DNA of 64,000 bases from contig NC_047064.1 in NCBI RefSeq assembly GCF_902459465.1, positions 21,080,001 through 21,144,000 on the forward strand. The letters run 5' to 3'. The notes under the pieces are model-generated. The model worked only from the letters and a program-made list of their open reading frames with translations. It ran no database searches and was not told the DNA's origin. Every line of letters starts with the position of its first letter. Position 1 is the stretch's first letter. The stretch comes from Asterias rubens. Its lineage: Eukaryota. A program made the position numbers and the translations under genes. Of this stretch, positions 23,761-34,258 are shown one piece after another.

Positions 23761-23985
23761 GACTCTTTACTGAAAATGTGAGACCGGACTCAAGCTTGGG
23801 TGTTTCTGATAGAGTGTGGGTTCGAGTCCAAGTCTTGGCACTTGAGCAAGACTACTTTGCTGTCTTTTTCGGGTGTTACATTGGGCCGTGTATACCATGG
23901 CGATATGGGGCAGATGGTAACCCCCCCCCCCCCCAACAAATGTTCCATTGGACTAGAATTTACAAGTAAAACCTTCGCAGAACAC
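23761..23985 (+). mobile_element. unit-1-specific insertion containing a tRNA-derived SINE fragment
   Basis: B-box GGTTCGAGTCC at about 23819-23829; sequence absent at the homologous site in units 2/3 (gcctgtaagaaac...taaaccatgg). Confidence 0.55.
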
Positions 23986-24407
23986 TAAACCATGGAGGTA
24001 GAAACAGTTAAGGTTTCTTGCTCATAGCAAGTAATCTTGGTAACAGGTTTCATCGTGCTCAAGAACTACAGTGATTAAAAGTTGACTTATGTGGCGTGGC
24101 ATCCTTGTCTTCATCAGCAATAATAACTGTTTTCCGAGATTAAAACAATCCGAGTATAATAAATAAATAAATAGTAATCCGAGAGAAAAAACATTATCTG
24201 TTGCAAAAACTGACCACCAACCGAAAGGACCTATAAATTAATGCTACAGACTTCATTCCAGTCTCAGTGATGTCATGGTCCGGGCAGAAGTGCCCCCACC
24301 CCCCCCCCCCCCCACCCAACCTCTATAGCGTTGAAAAGTCAGGCAGTATAAGCAGATTCATATTCTTACCGTAAATATTATTGGGGATCTGTTTCTTTCT
24401 TGACAGC

Positions 24408-26056
24408 ATGAATTTCAAAGCCAACGTGTTAATGTTTGTGACGTTCTCCTTCGCGGTTGTGTACATCTTTATTGCATGTAAGTATGTTTACCTTATGGGT
24501 GGGGGTACGGTCATTGATGACAACCATAGTATGATATGCAAAGGCAGGAAGCAATGTCTAAACAGTTGTTTCAGTATTTTACTGAGCCAAGTTTTCATCT
24601 AAAAAAACAGTAGAGGTAACCTTTGAGAATAATGTTGGTTTGATATTATCTGAATTACTAAATTTAAAGTTTTGTCTTTTTTTCCCCTATATAAATAAAT
24701 AGGCCCTTTATATCTCTTCCACTCATCAGCACTCATCAGTCTCCTGACAATGACTAGAGCAAGCTAGTCGAAACGTTGAGACCAATATTAAGAACTCACT
24801 CCGCGGTAGTGAAGTTGTTAACGATCCACTAAAAGCTAAAGTAGTAGTCCCAGCCGATTTTCTACCTTCCACCCCAGGTAGTGGTTAAAAAGCAGGATAG
24901 TTCTTTTCAGAGCTGAGAAGTCTCCCGAATACCGAAAACCTTCTACGCGGTAGAAAAATATAAAGCAAGACAAGTTCTCAAAAGAACATAATCTAACTGG
25001 CGAGTAGATGCACATGGTGTCACCGCAAACTAAAATACATATACTGTTTTACTTCCCTTAGTTTCGACAGCACGAATAAATGCCACGTGTGTTGATACCC
25101 CCTCTTGGAAGTCAGATGCGTACAAAGTTGACACAAACCTACGAATTGAAGCTACGTATAACCAGTTTCAACCTACAAAAACCGACAACGGCGTTATGAT
25201 AAATCAGCTAGCACTGGGCTCTCCGGCAGGTCATGATGCCTCGACCCGGCTATCTCCCGGGGATGGGGATGGGGGTAGTTCCCCGGAGCCGTACCAGTGC
25301 ACCGCATCGGATCTTCAGAGGCGATCCGGCACCATCCTTCTGACCACCACCAATTCTGCTTATTTGGACTTCACAGAAAATTGGCTTGAGAGCATCAGGC
25401 GCACGAGAGCCTGCCCTAATATATCGGTGGTTACTGAAGATGACCAAGCGTTTAATTACCTCTCCAATAAGACAATGGCCGGACTGAATGTCTTGAAGAC
25501 TCAGACTGCTAAGTCAACAACTGGAAAGCTCGTCTTCAATACCAAAGAGTACAAGAAGTTCGTCAATAAGAGACAGGGGTATATCTTAGATCTACTGGAA
25601 CAGGGCTGGGAGGTTCTGTTCAGCGATGTGGACACTTTCTGGCTACGGGATCCGTTTCTATTTTTCCAGGGGAACTTTGACATGGCACTTGAGGAAGATA
25701 ACCATAAACCAGCCTCATACTGTGCCGGGTTTGTCTACTTTCGACCAACCGAACGAACCATGCAGTTTGTCAAGGAGTGGATCCGGTTTATGGCCAACGA
25801 CAAGACCATGAAGCCGGATCAAGTGGTTATGAATATCATGATCCGGCGAAAAGTGATAGCCGGATTGAAGCTCCGGGTTCTTGACTCCAATAAATTTCCG
25901 AATGGGAAATTATTTTTCGATGACGAATGGAGGAAGGACAAAAAGGACTTTGTTGTCGTGCATAACAACTGGATTGTCGGACACGATCCGAAAGTTGAAC
26001 GGTTCCGAAACTGCAGTATGTGGCTCGTTGATCACAACGAAATCAAGTCTATGTGA
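24408..26056 (+). CDS. nucleotide-diphospho-sugar transferase (PF03407/GT77-like), copy 1, 354 aa
   Basis: Exon 24408-24477 (MNFKANVLMFVTFSFAVVYIFIA, TM anchor, GTAAGT phase 1) + exon 25062-26056. Motifs LDFTENW, LFSDVDTFWLRDP (DxD), YCAGFVY, DQVVMN, FPNG, VVHNNW match my recollection of RGXT/MGP4-type enzymes. Confidence 0.88.
24739..25030 (+). mobile_element. retrozyme/Penelope-derived remnant headed by a minimal hammerhead (24739-24782); copies at 34590 and 44020
   Basis: gtctc-CTGACAA-t-gactag-agcaag-ctagtc-GAAACGTT-gagac: perfect stem I (5 bp) and stem II (6 bp), core has A instead of G8. Extent of the element beyond the ribozyme is approximate. Confidence 0.55.
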
Positions 26057-26414
26057 TCCGGTGTGGCAGGAGGTTCTGTCCCCCAGATATTTTGCTCCCA
26101 CGGCGAACTGTGTACAATGTACTTTACTTCTCATAGCGCCCTCTTTTGAAACACCCTCCTTCACAGGCCACATTATTTTCCCATTTTGGGGGACATAATC
26201 TCCGGTGGACCGATTTCCCTGGGACACCCGGAACTCGTTTTTTTTGTTAGAACTCATCCACAAAGTGCTTTCACTATGATATATAAATTGTTAACACTTC
26301 ATCAATTCATATCAACTCATCAGGGTAGAATTATTACACATTATTATTATACACATAATTTCGGGCTACGACGAAACAAAATTCTTTCCAAGATGGTAAA
26401 CAAAAAAAGTCACC

Positions 26415-26536
26415 ATGCTGCAACTCTGACTTCATCGGAAGGTTAGCATGCCTTTTCGTGTGCTATACGGTTAAATGGAAATCGCACAGTTAGCACAAAA
26501 TCTGCTGCTGGGGCACTGAAGTCAGAGTTGCAGCAT
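26415..26536. mobile_element. 122-bp mini-MITE with perfect 20-bp TIR
   Basis: atgctgcaactctgacttca ... tgaagtcagagttgcagcat. Confidence 0.7.
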
Positions 26537-28502
26537 ACTGAACAAATTGTTCTTGAGATTTTCTCAGAAAGTTACTATGCATTAATTTGTTGTTCAAGAT
26601 TCATCACAGGGGGTTAAAGTAAGACTGCATAAGTTTGTGATCTACTAAAGAAAGGCAGACAGCTTCTCCATCTCAACCTTGATGTAATCTCTAACTGGGA
26701 TCACTAATAATCACAGTGGTGCACCCGAAAGGGGGGGTGGGGGACGATGGGTCTGGGGGATTGATCCCAGCCCCTCCAAGGTATTCAATTTGTTTGTTTG
26801 ATTTGTTTAGATTTTTTGTTTTTCGGGGAAAATATGGCCCACCCCCAAAAAATAATAAATCCTGGGTGTGTCACTGCTGATAGTTTAAATTCTGATTCTG
26901 GTTAAACCACATCAGCCCTCAACAAGAAACAAATCGCAAACCATGAACACTTTAAGTAACTTTAGAAACAGAAGAGTGAGGTTTGTTGGTGGGTTTATTA
27001 TGTAAAGTATATAAATTGACTAGTTTGTGACCTAACAACTGTACAAAAATGGTAATAAAATTGTAAATTTTGAAGAGCCCAGTTGTTTCTTGGTTGATTG
27101 ATTATTTTGTTGATTTTTGGAATGATGCGTTATTTAAAAAATTGGGTCAAAGGTCACGATAACATATTAAAGATCATAGTGACTTGTACAAAAATAGTCA
27201 TAAACTTGTAAATTTTGAAGAGCCCAACTGTTTCATAGTGGATTCTGATAGAGGAAGACATGCTCTATCAACTGATTTTTATGTCGTTGATTTTTGGAAT
27301 GATACATTATTTCAAAAACGGGGTCAAATGTCACGATAACATATTAAAGATTACAGTGACCTACATTTCAGAAAATTATTATTGATAAAAGAATTGATTT
27401 GAGCGTGCAATTGTCATCATTTTGATACCAAATTTGCATATGTGTGATGAGAATTGACATGGTTATGACATATTTTTACCAAAAGGTGGTATTTTACCCA
27501 AAAAATGTCAGATTTTAGTGGTTTCTGCCCTGACCACATGGTAAGTCCGATCGGGCTAAAAATTGCTGTGCATTCATTGCTCATAAGGACCTACAATCAC
27601 AGCAATTTATATCAAAATCGGAAGACATGAGGTAAAAAAGTGCGTTGGTCTGACATGGAATGACCCATATGTGTTTTGTGTTTTGTGTCGTACAAAAAGT
27701 ACCCATTCGATAAGGGTGGTTACAATTTAAACCATGTATTTTGATTTGACAGTAATAGCACCAACAATAATGTTGTTCCTGTTTTCAGACCAATCGATCT
27801 TTCTTTTCTTTTTTCTTTTTTCTTGTTATCGCCTCCCGTCCTTTGACGCCCTTAGACTCAACTTTGCTAGCATGTTTTTGATTGACTTAACGTACAAGTA
27901 ATACAAAACAAATCTTTAAAAAAAAAAAAAAAAAAAATTAAAATAGTATAAAATAAACAACAAACTAACAATGTTCATTTCAATCGTTTTCATTTAAAAA
28001 GAGAAAAATGTGGGAAAACGCTTCATATAATAATAAGTGATACCCAATCTACGTTTTCTGGCTTCATCTAGCGTCCTTTCTTTAATGATAACACACGGAG
28101 GAAGAAAAAAGAATAAACTTTTTCCTCCATGCAATAACCATAATATGGGCTAGGTATGCCTACCAATTATACCTCCATGCTAGTCTTGGTGCAATACGTT
28201 AGTATTCACTATCACTCAACTATCGAAGAACGCCTTGCACCCAGACTACCTCCATGCATTGAGCAAGGAACCCCAAGATCCAGAAAAGTGGACCAGACGT
28301 GGATGTGGCTTAATGGCGGATTGACGGTGGTCAATATACAAACATTGACACATACCAGTTGGTTTCGCCCTTCTTCCTCCATGGCTTCGCCAACTTTAGA
28401 ATGGGGGGCGCTATTTGCATCACTTAATAGCGATTACGTAATGTCTTTCAAGGCGAAGGTACACATTCATTCTATTCAGCTAGCTGTACAAGGCCTTCAT
28501 GC

Positions 28503-29226
28503 CAAAGATTAAAGAGCACCGCAAGGCACAGGATGCGGAACTGAAGCTTTATCTATTGTTGGAACGTGAAATACGCATGGGCGCCATTTCAGCAAGTGAA
28601 TGTTTTGTTTCCCATTGATAGGAAAGGTCATTGTCTGCACTGAACTGCACTGATCTATTGTTGTTACTTGCCGAAATGGGTCCTACTACTTGCCGTCAAC
28701 TCGCCGTCAACTCACTTGTGCCGTCAACTCGCCGTCAACTCCTCCAATATACATTTAAAATCCACAAAAGAAGCATAGAACGGTGACTTATCAGCTAAAA
28801 GAGAACTTGCGTAAGTTTTAGGTCGTATTTCGGAATAAAAATTGAGTTTTTTTTCTTGTGAAAAAATTATCTCGAAGCAGCAAAACCGTCGGCCGCCATC
28901 GTGCTTTTTATATGGATTAATCTTGGCCCAAGATGTCAATGATTGGTACTTTTTTTATCAACACAAAGTCGTTTTTGTGAATAAATTTGTACCGAAAACC
29001 ATGAGAAATATGTAGTTCAGCCCAGACTTAACACTTCCGTGCCCCATTTATAAATTTTTCAAGTAAATTTAATGAGTTGACGGCACGAAAATGATTTGAC
29101 GGCGAGTTGACGGCAAGTCGGCGAGTTGACGGCAAGTAGTAGGACCGGCCGAAATGGCATCCAGTGGGATTTCACATTTCAGCCCGAGTTCCGCATCTTG
29201 CGCCTTGCGGCGCTCTATAATCTTTG
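28503..29226. mobile_element. foldback MITE (CA..TG termini, 8-bp TSD; hAT- or P-type) hosting a nested element
   Basis: TSD cttcatgc at 28495-28502 and 29227-29234; 40-bp TIR 36/40; empty site present at 38651 and 48079. Confidence 0.9.
28679..29146. mobile_element. nested MITE (GG..CC termini, 9-10-bp TSD; Merlin- or MuDR-type)
   Basis: Perfect 28-bp TIR ggtcctactacttgccgtcaactcgccg; subterminal gccgtcaact repeats; gccgaaatg duplicated at 28670-28678 and 29148-29156. Confidence 0.9.
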
Positions 29227-29555
29227 CTTCATGCTACTGAGTTGTATTGCATTAACAACATACAGAGCAGCAGGGACCAATAGTCGTTGTCACTTGTGAG
29301 ACAATCTACTTCATTCCTTGACGAGTATTACATGTTTAAAAAAAGATCATCGTATGGTGTCCATTTAACACTTGCTGTGTCTTGTAGTTGGCTTCGTTTG
29401 TTGCTAGAGTCATTTAATTATATCAAAGATACAGTGTATTGGGCTGTGCATTCACGCAGCAACCGTACACGAAGACAACCATTTGAATGCTTACCGATCC
29501 AAAGGGAAAGGGAGAAACTGCAGAATTTGATGAAAGTAAGTATACAAACGCAAAG

Positions 29556-29561
29556 GTAAGT
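29556..29561 (+). promoter_or_regulatory. consensus 5' splice donor of a putative non-coding first exon (repeated at 38982 and 48410)
   Basis: AAG|GTAAGT plus a second AAA|GTAAGT at 29536; each downstream GT gene has an acceptor immediately before its ATG and so needs an upstream exon. Confidence 0.35.
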
Positions 29562-30078
29562 CGAGCTTCTATCAATGTTATGTAATAGATCAAACTTGAA
29601 CTTAACATTTGGGTTGATCAACGAGGAAATTTCCGTATCCTGCCACCACTTTGTCATTTTGATATGAAATAAATTAGTGAGAAAATAGAAGTAGCTGTTG
29701 CAAACTGCGTCCCAACCAAAGGATGGTATAAAAATACATAATGGCCTGTCGACGTTTTGACTTATTTATACCCATGCTTTAGCCATGGAGGCTACCTCCA
29801 TGCTTTTAGCACAGGCTTTCTCGAAGGCTAAATGAGAACACAACAAACATGAACAGAAAATCAGTGAAACAGAAATACCTGAATAGAGAGAGAGAGTAAT
29901 AGAGAAATGAGTATAGTTTTATTTTAAAAGGAGATCCTTTTTGTAAAAATTAGTGGGAAAGTGGTGGCAGGATACGGAACTTTTCCCAATTAACTGGCAA
30001 CCATTTCCAGGCAATCTCCAAGAAAGTGATTTTATTTCAGCTGCATCATTGAGGGCGCTGTAGTCACAAGGGTTTTAA

Positions 30079-30282
30079 AGGCAGTGGACACTATCGGTAA
30101 CTGTCAAAGACTAGCCTTATAACAAACCTGTGAAAATTTGAGCTCAACCGGTCATCGAACTTGCGAGCGGAAAAAACACCCTTGTCACACGAAGTTGTGT
30201 GCGTTTAGATGGTTGATTTCGAAACCTCAAGTTCTAAATCTGAGGTCTCGAAATCAAATTCGTGGTAAATTACTTCTTTCTC
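30079..30282 (+). mobile_element. MITE family A truncated at the duplication junction (also 39507-39711; continuing copy 48936-49217)
   Basis: ttaa|aggcagtggacactatcggtaactg ... ttacttctttctc joined directly to gggccattgg. Confidence 0.8.
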
Positions 30283-30685
30283 GGGCCATTGGTCAATACT
30301 GTTTACCGATGTTGTGCGATTGCTGTAAGACTGTGGTTATGCGTAATGATTTGGAAAGTTTTTTAATTTCAGTGCCTCTGTTGTGATGTGTTTTGTTGTC
30401 ATTTTAGCCTGTAAGAAACACTCATTTAAACCATGGAGGTAGAAACAGTTAAGGTTTCTTGCTCATAGCAAGTAATCTTGGTAACAGGTTTCATCGTGCT
30501 CAAGAACTACAGTGATTAAAAGTTGACTTATGTGGCGTGGCATCCTTGTCTTCATCACCAATAATAACTGTTTTCCGAGATAAAACAATCCGAGTATAAT
30601 AAATAAATAACTAGACATTAGGTGTTTGTGAACAAACACAAAGCTGTTCCGTGTTCTTTTGCTTTGATTATGTGTTAACATTACC

Positions 30686-31160
30686 AAGGAGTCTATAACT
30701 GAAAAAAAGTTTGAAAAATACTGTACAGTGTCTTGAGTTACGGTGCCACCATGGGGTCGCGGTAACCTAAGGCTAATCTCTAACGCCCAAGGAGTCTGTA
30801 TCTGAAAAAAAGTTAGAAAATCGGTTGTGTAGTTCTTGATATATGGTGCCACTTCTGGTTGACCCGGAAGTAGAGGTCAACTTGGGGTCATGGATTTTCA
30901 AAGTTTATTTTTAATGCCTTAGGAGGATAAAACTGAACAAACAGGATTGAAAATCGGTTGTATAGTACTTTGCGTATGGTCCCACTTCCGGTTCACCCGG
31001 ACGTAGAGGCCAACATGGGGTCACGAGTTTTCACAGTCAATATTAATGTCAAGGAGTCTGTAAGTGAAAACAAATTGAAAATCGGTTGAGTAGTTCTTGA
31101 GATATGGTCCCACTTCCGGTTGACCCGGAAGTAGAGGTCAAATTGAGGTCACGGTTTTTC
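30686..31160. repeat. about 130-bp degenerate tandem repeat x4, three units carrying an acttccgg/ccggaagt-type hairpin
   Basis: Units start near 30689, 30789, 30921, 31051; also present in unit 3. Confidence 0.7.
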
Positions 31161-31183
31161 CAAATTTTTCCAAACTACAAACA

Positions 31184-31582
31184 GTCGACATTCTTAAAGA
31201 AGAATGTCGCTTCCTGTGATAATTTATCTCGGAATGTCGACATCCTAAAAGTAGGATGTCGTCTTCCTGTGATAATTTATCTCGGGATGTCGACATCCTA
31301 AAAGTAGGATGTCGTCTTGCTGTGATAATTTATCTCGGTATGTTGACATCCTAAACGTCAGTTGTCATCTTCCTGTGATAATTTATCTCGGGAAGTCGAC
31401 ATTCTAAAAGAAGAATGTCGTCTTCCTGTGATAATTTATCTCGGAATGTCGATATCCCAAAAGTAGGATGTCGTCTTGCTGTGATAATTTATCTCGGGAA
31501 GTCGACATCCTAAAATTAGGATGTCGTCTTCCTGTGATAACTTATCTCGGGAATTAAGTTGACATCCCGAAAGTAGGATTTC
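31184..31582. repeat. 53-bp hairpin minisatellite, about 7.5 copies
   Basis: Units at 31184, 31236, 31289, 31342, 31395, 31448, 31501, 31558; consensus gtcgacatcctaaaagtaggatgtcgtcttcctgtgataatttatctcgggat. Confidence 0.9.
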
Positions 31583-32199
31583 TTTTGTTGAAAGGATTTT
31601 ACTTGTATACGTTTTGTTAACTAGTATTACATTTCCAACAATATTTATAATATTCATGGTCATAAACTACGTTAAACTAAAATAATGGACGAAACAAAAT
31701 GTCCCACGTAAAACTCCATAAGGTTTGGAACATAATGGTCCCGCAAGTTCAAATACACGCGAGACTTGCTTAGTCTACACAGAAGGTAATAAATAATTTA
31801 TTACAAGCAAATGCAATCGTACAATAATAGAAAACAAAAACTAAAAATCAATGCAAAACACATGTAGGGGATGGAGGGGCCCATACAAAGCAAACCTTAA
31901 CGAGTACGGACCCCTCCCCCTTTTTTTGTAACGAAGAAAGCAATGTAAGCAATTCTATTTAGTGGGTGTAATCTTATGTAGCGGCAAAACAATTCAAAAT
32001 TACAGGAAGAACAAACACAAAAACAGTTAGCGTAAATTAAAACTTAACAATTTATTTAAATGAAACAGATAAACAAAATACCCAAAATAAATACTAGAGA
32101 AATTGGGCCCCACAACTCTTGCTGGGAAAAAAACCATGTCGAAATATACCATTGTTATCCATGAGAGACGTTTTGTAGTCACCTTGGTTGGGGAGCGAG

Positions 32200-32534
32200 G
32201 ACGATTGCACTTTTGGTATTGTCATTGTTAAACTCCGGTTCCATTGTGTGCTGTATGTTTACCCTCAACGCATAGATTTTCTTGTGAATAGTAGCTGTGT
32301 ATGATTCATGGTTCGCTGAATAATGTGGCGATAACAAACTTTTATCCTTTTGATCACCATCAGCCCCATGTATAATAAACTTCAACTGCTGACGATTGCA
32401 CTTTTGGTATTGTCATTGTTAAACTCCGGTTCCATTGTGTGCTGTCTGTTACCCTCCATGCAAATAGATTTTCTTGTGAATAGTAGCTGTGTATGATTCA
32501 TGGTTCGCTGAATAATGTGGCAATAACAAACTTT
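32200..32534. repeat. direct duplication of about 143 bp, period 191
   Basis: gacgattgcacttttggtattgtc...aataacaaacttt at 32200 and 32391. Confidence 0.85.
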
Positions 32535-33200
32535 CATCATTTTGAACTGAATGCTTGATTTATTATCTAGAGGTCAATGCTTGAGGCCAGTAAGAGTATT
32601 GTGCACGTACACCATGTAGTTTTTGTTGGAAACCGTTTGCTAACAGCCATTTATGTTACCCTTTGAAATAAAATCAGAAAATTTATAAGTTTGCTTGTTG
32701 CATAAAATTAAATTGAAGATGATGCCTGAATTGATTTTTTCAATCAGAGTTGGACTCTAGACTGACGTGTTGGACTCCTTGAACACTCCAAGTGGTTCAA
32801 TAGGTAGTGAAATTCCAATACTTATGCTGATGTTCTCATGATGTCAGCATCAACAGGAAGTTCCAACAACTTTGTCCCCTTGTACAATTAAATATGCAAA
32901 TATGGGTCACGTGGTTAATTAATTACGATGTTTAATTTTTTTGGGGGTCGGTGGTTTGATGTTTGATCTAGTACAAGTTGATTTCACAGAACTCTTAACC
33001 ACCAAACTCTGCGCTTATGATCACCATTTTTCGCTTACTGTGTTTTTAAACATCATCGTGTCATGCATGCACACAGGTTATGTTGGGCTAACATTTGAGA
33101 AAAAGAAAAGGCAACACTATCGATATAAAGATAAGAATCAAACTTAAATATTACAAAAAGAAATATATTTTTAGTTTTGGGGGATAAAACAATATTGATT

Positions 33201-33270
33201 TCTGACGGAGATTCGAACTCGCAATTCTCAAATGTGTAGTCGCGACTGATGACCACTAGGCTAGAAGGGC
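33201..33270 (-). mobile_element. tRNA-like SINE head (copy at about 42631-42702)
   Basis: Minus strand A-box TAGCCTAGTGG and B-box GAGTTCGAATC; acceptor stem does not pair, so not a functional tRNA. Confidence 0.5.
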
Positions 33271-33435
33271 ACGATGTAAAAATGGTGGGTTTTTACATGT
33301 GTGCATCAACAGAGGGGATTATGATCCGGCGAAATAATTCTCGTTTCATGATTTTGCGACCATTGTCACTAAATATGAACTGCTAACGCCTATAACTATT
33401 AAGTAGGGTTGAAATGTAGTATTAGATGCCTTAAG

Positions 33436-33474
33436 GGGGTTTTTGACGACGACGTCGATGTCGTCAAAAACCCC
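33436..33474. repeat. perfect 15-bp inverted repeat, 9-nt loop
   Basis: ggggtttttgacgac-gacgtcgat-gtcgtcaaaaacccc. Confidence 0.85.
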
Positions 33475-34258
33475 TATCTAATTACGCACGTTCGTTTTAA
33501 CGAAAACCCATGCACAGAGTAATTGGTCCAGAACGCGGTTATAAAAACAACGACAAATTTAACGCACGTTCTAACGAAAATCCTAAACCTCCGTACGTTG
33601 TGCGTGTACAGAGTAATGTGTCCAGAACGCAGGTAGGAAACAAAATAGTATAGACTCCTCTCAAGAAGTCAACAACTCATCGAGGTACATACTGTGTTGT
33701 ATTACCGAAGAGAATGTTTCACAATAACATGAAAGTGACTGCATCAAGTTTACAAATTAAAAATTCAAATGAAGACCACGTGGTTAATTAATTAAGAACG
33801 TTAACACTTTTTTATTAGAGTAAAGCTTATGTTCTAAGCTTCAATTTGATATATGATTTAACTCTTTTATCCTTATACTTTAGGAGACGGAGCCTGAACA
33901 AAAATGCTGTACAAACGCAATGGGGTTTTAGGCGGAAACAAAGAATAATAATAATAATAAAAATAATAAAAATCTCGACGAAAACAATACCTGTTCCGAC
34001 GGTAGGTCGGAACAGCGAAATAGTAATCCGAGAGAAAAAAAATTATCTGTTGCAAAAACTGACCACCAACCGAAAGGACCTATAAATTAATGCTACAGAC
34101 TTCATTCCAGTCTCAGTGATGTCATGGTCCGGGCAGAAGTGCGCCCACCCCCCCCCCCCCCCCCCCACCCAACCTCTAGGGTTGAAAAGTCAGGCAGTAT
34201 AAGCAGATTCATATTCTTACCGTAAATATTATTGGGGATCTGTTTCTTTCTTCACAGC

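Larger units (their letters stand above)
23625..30282 (+). repeat. tandem segmental duplication, unit 1 (divergent, 6.66 kb)
   Basis: Starts gggccattggtcaatactg, ends ttacttctttctc; colinear with units 2/3 except for private indel blocks. Confidence 0.85.

Noticed and set aside
25250-26446. Small overlapping ORFs around GT copies (and equivalents in units 2/3)
   Set aside because: Antisense or alternate-frame shadows of the GT coding exon; they recur only because the segment is duplicated.
28156-28512. 118-aa ORF
   Set aside because: Crosses a unit-specific block boundary and runs into a MITE TIR; not conserved as an ORF in units 2/3.
31184-31582. CRISPR-like array of palindromic repeats
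   Set aside because: Inter-repeat segments are near-identical rather than unique spacers, there are no cas genes, and the context is eukaryotic.
33201-33270. Functional tRNA gene
   Set aside because: Has A/B boxes but no acceptor-stem pairing; treated as a SINE head.
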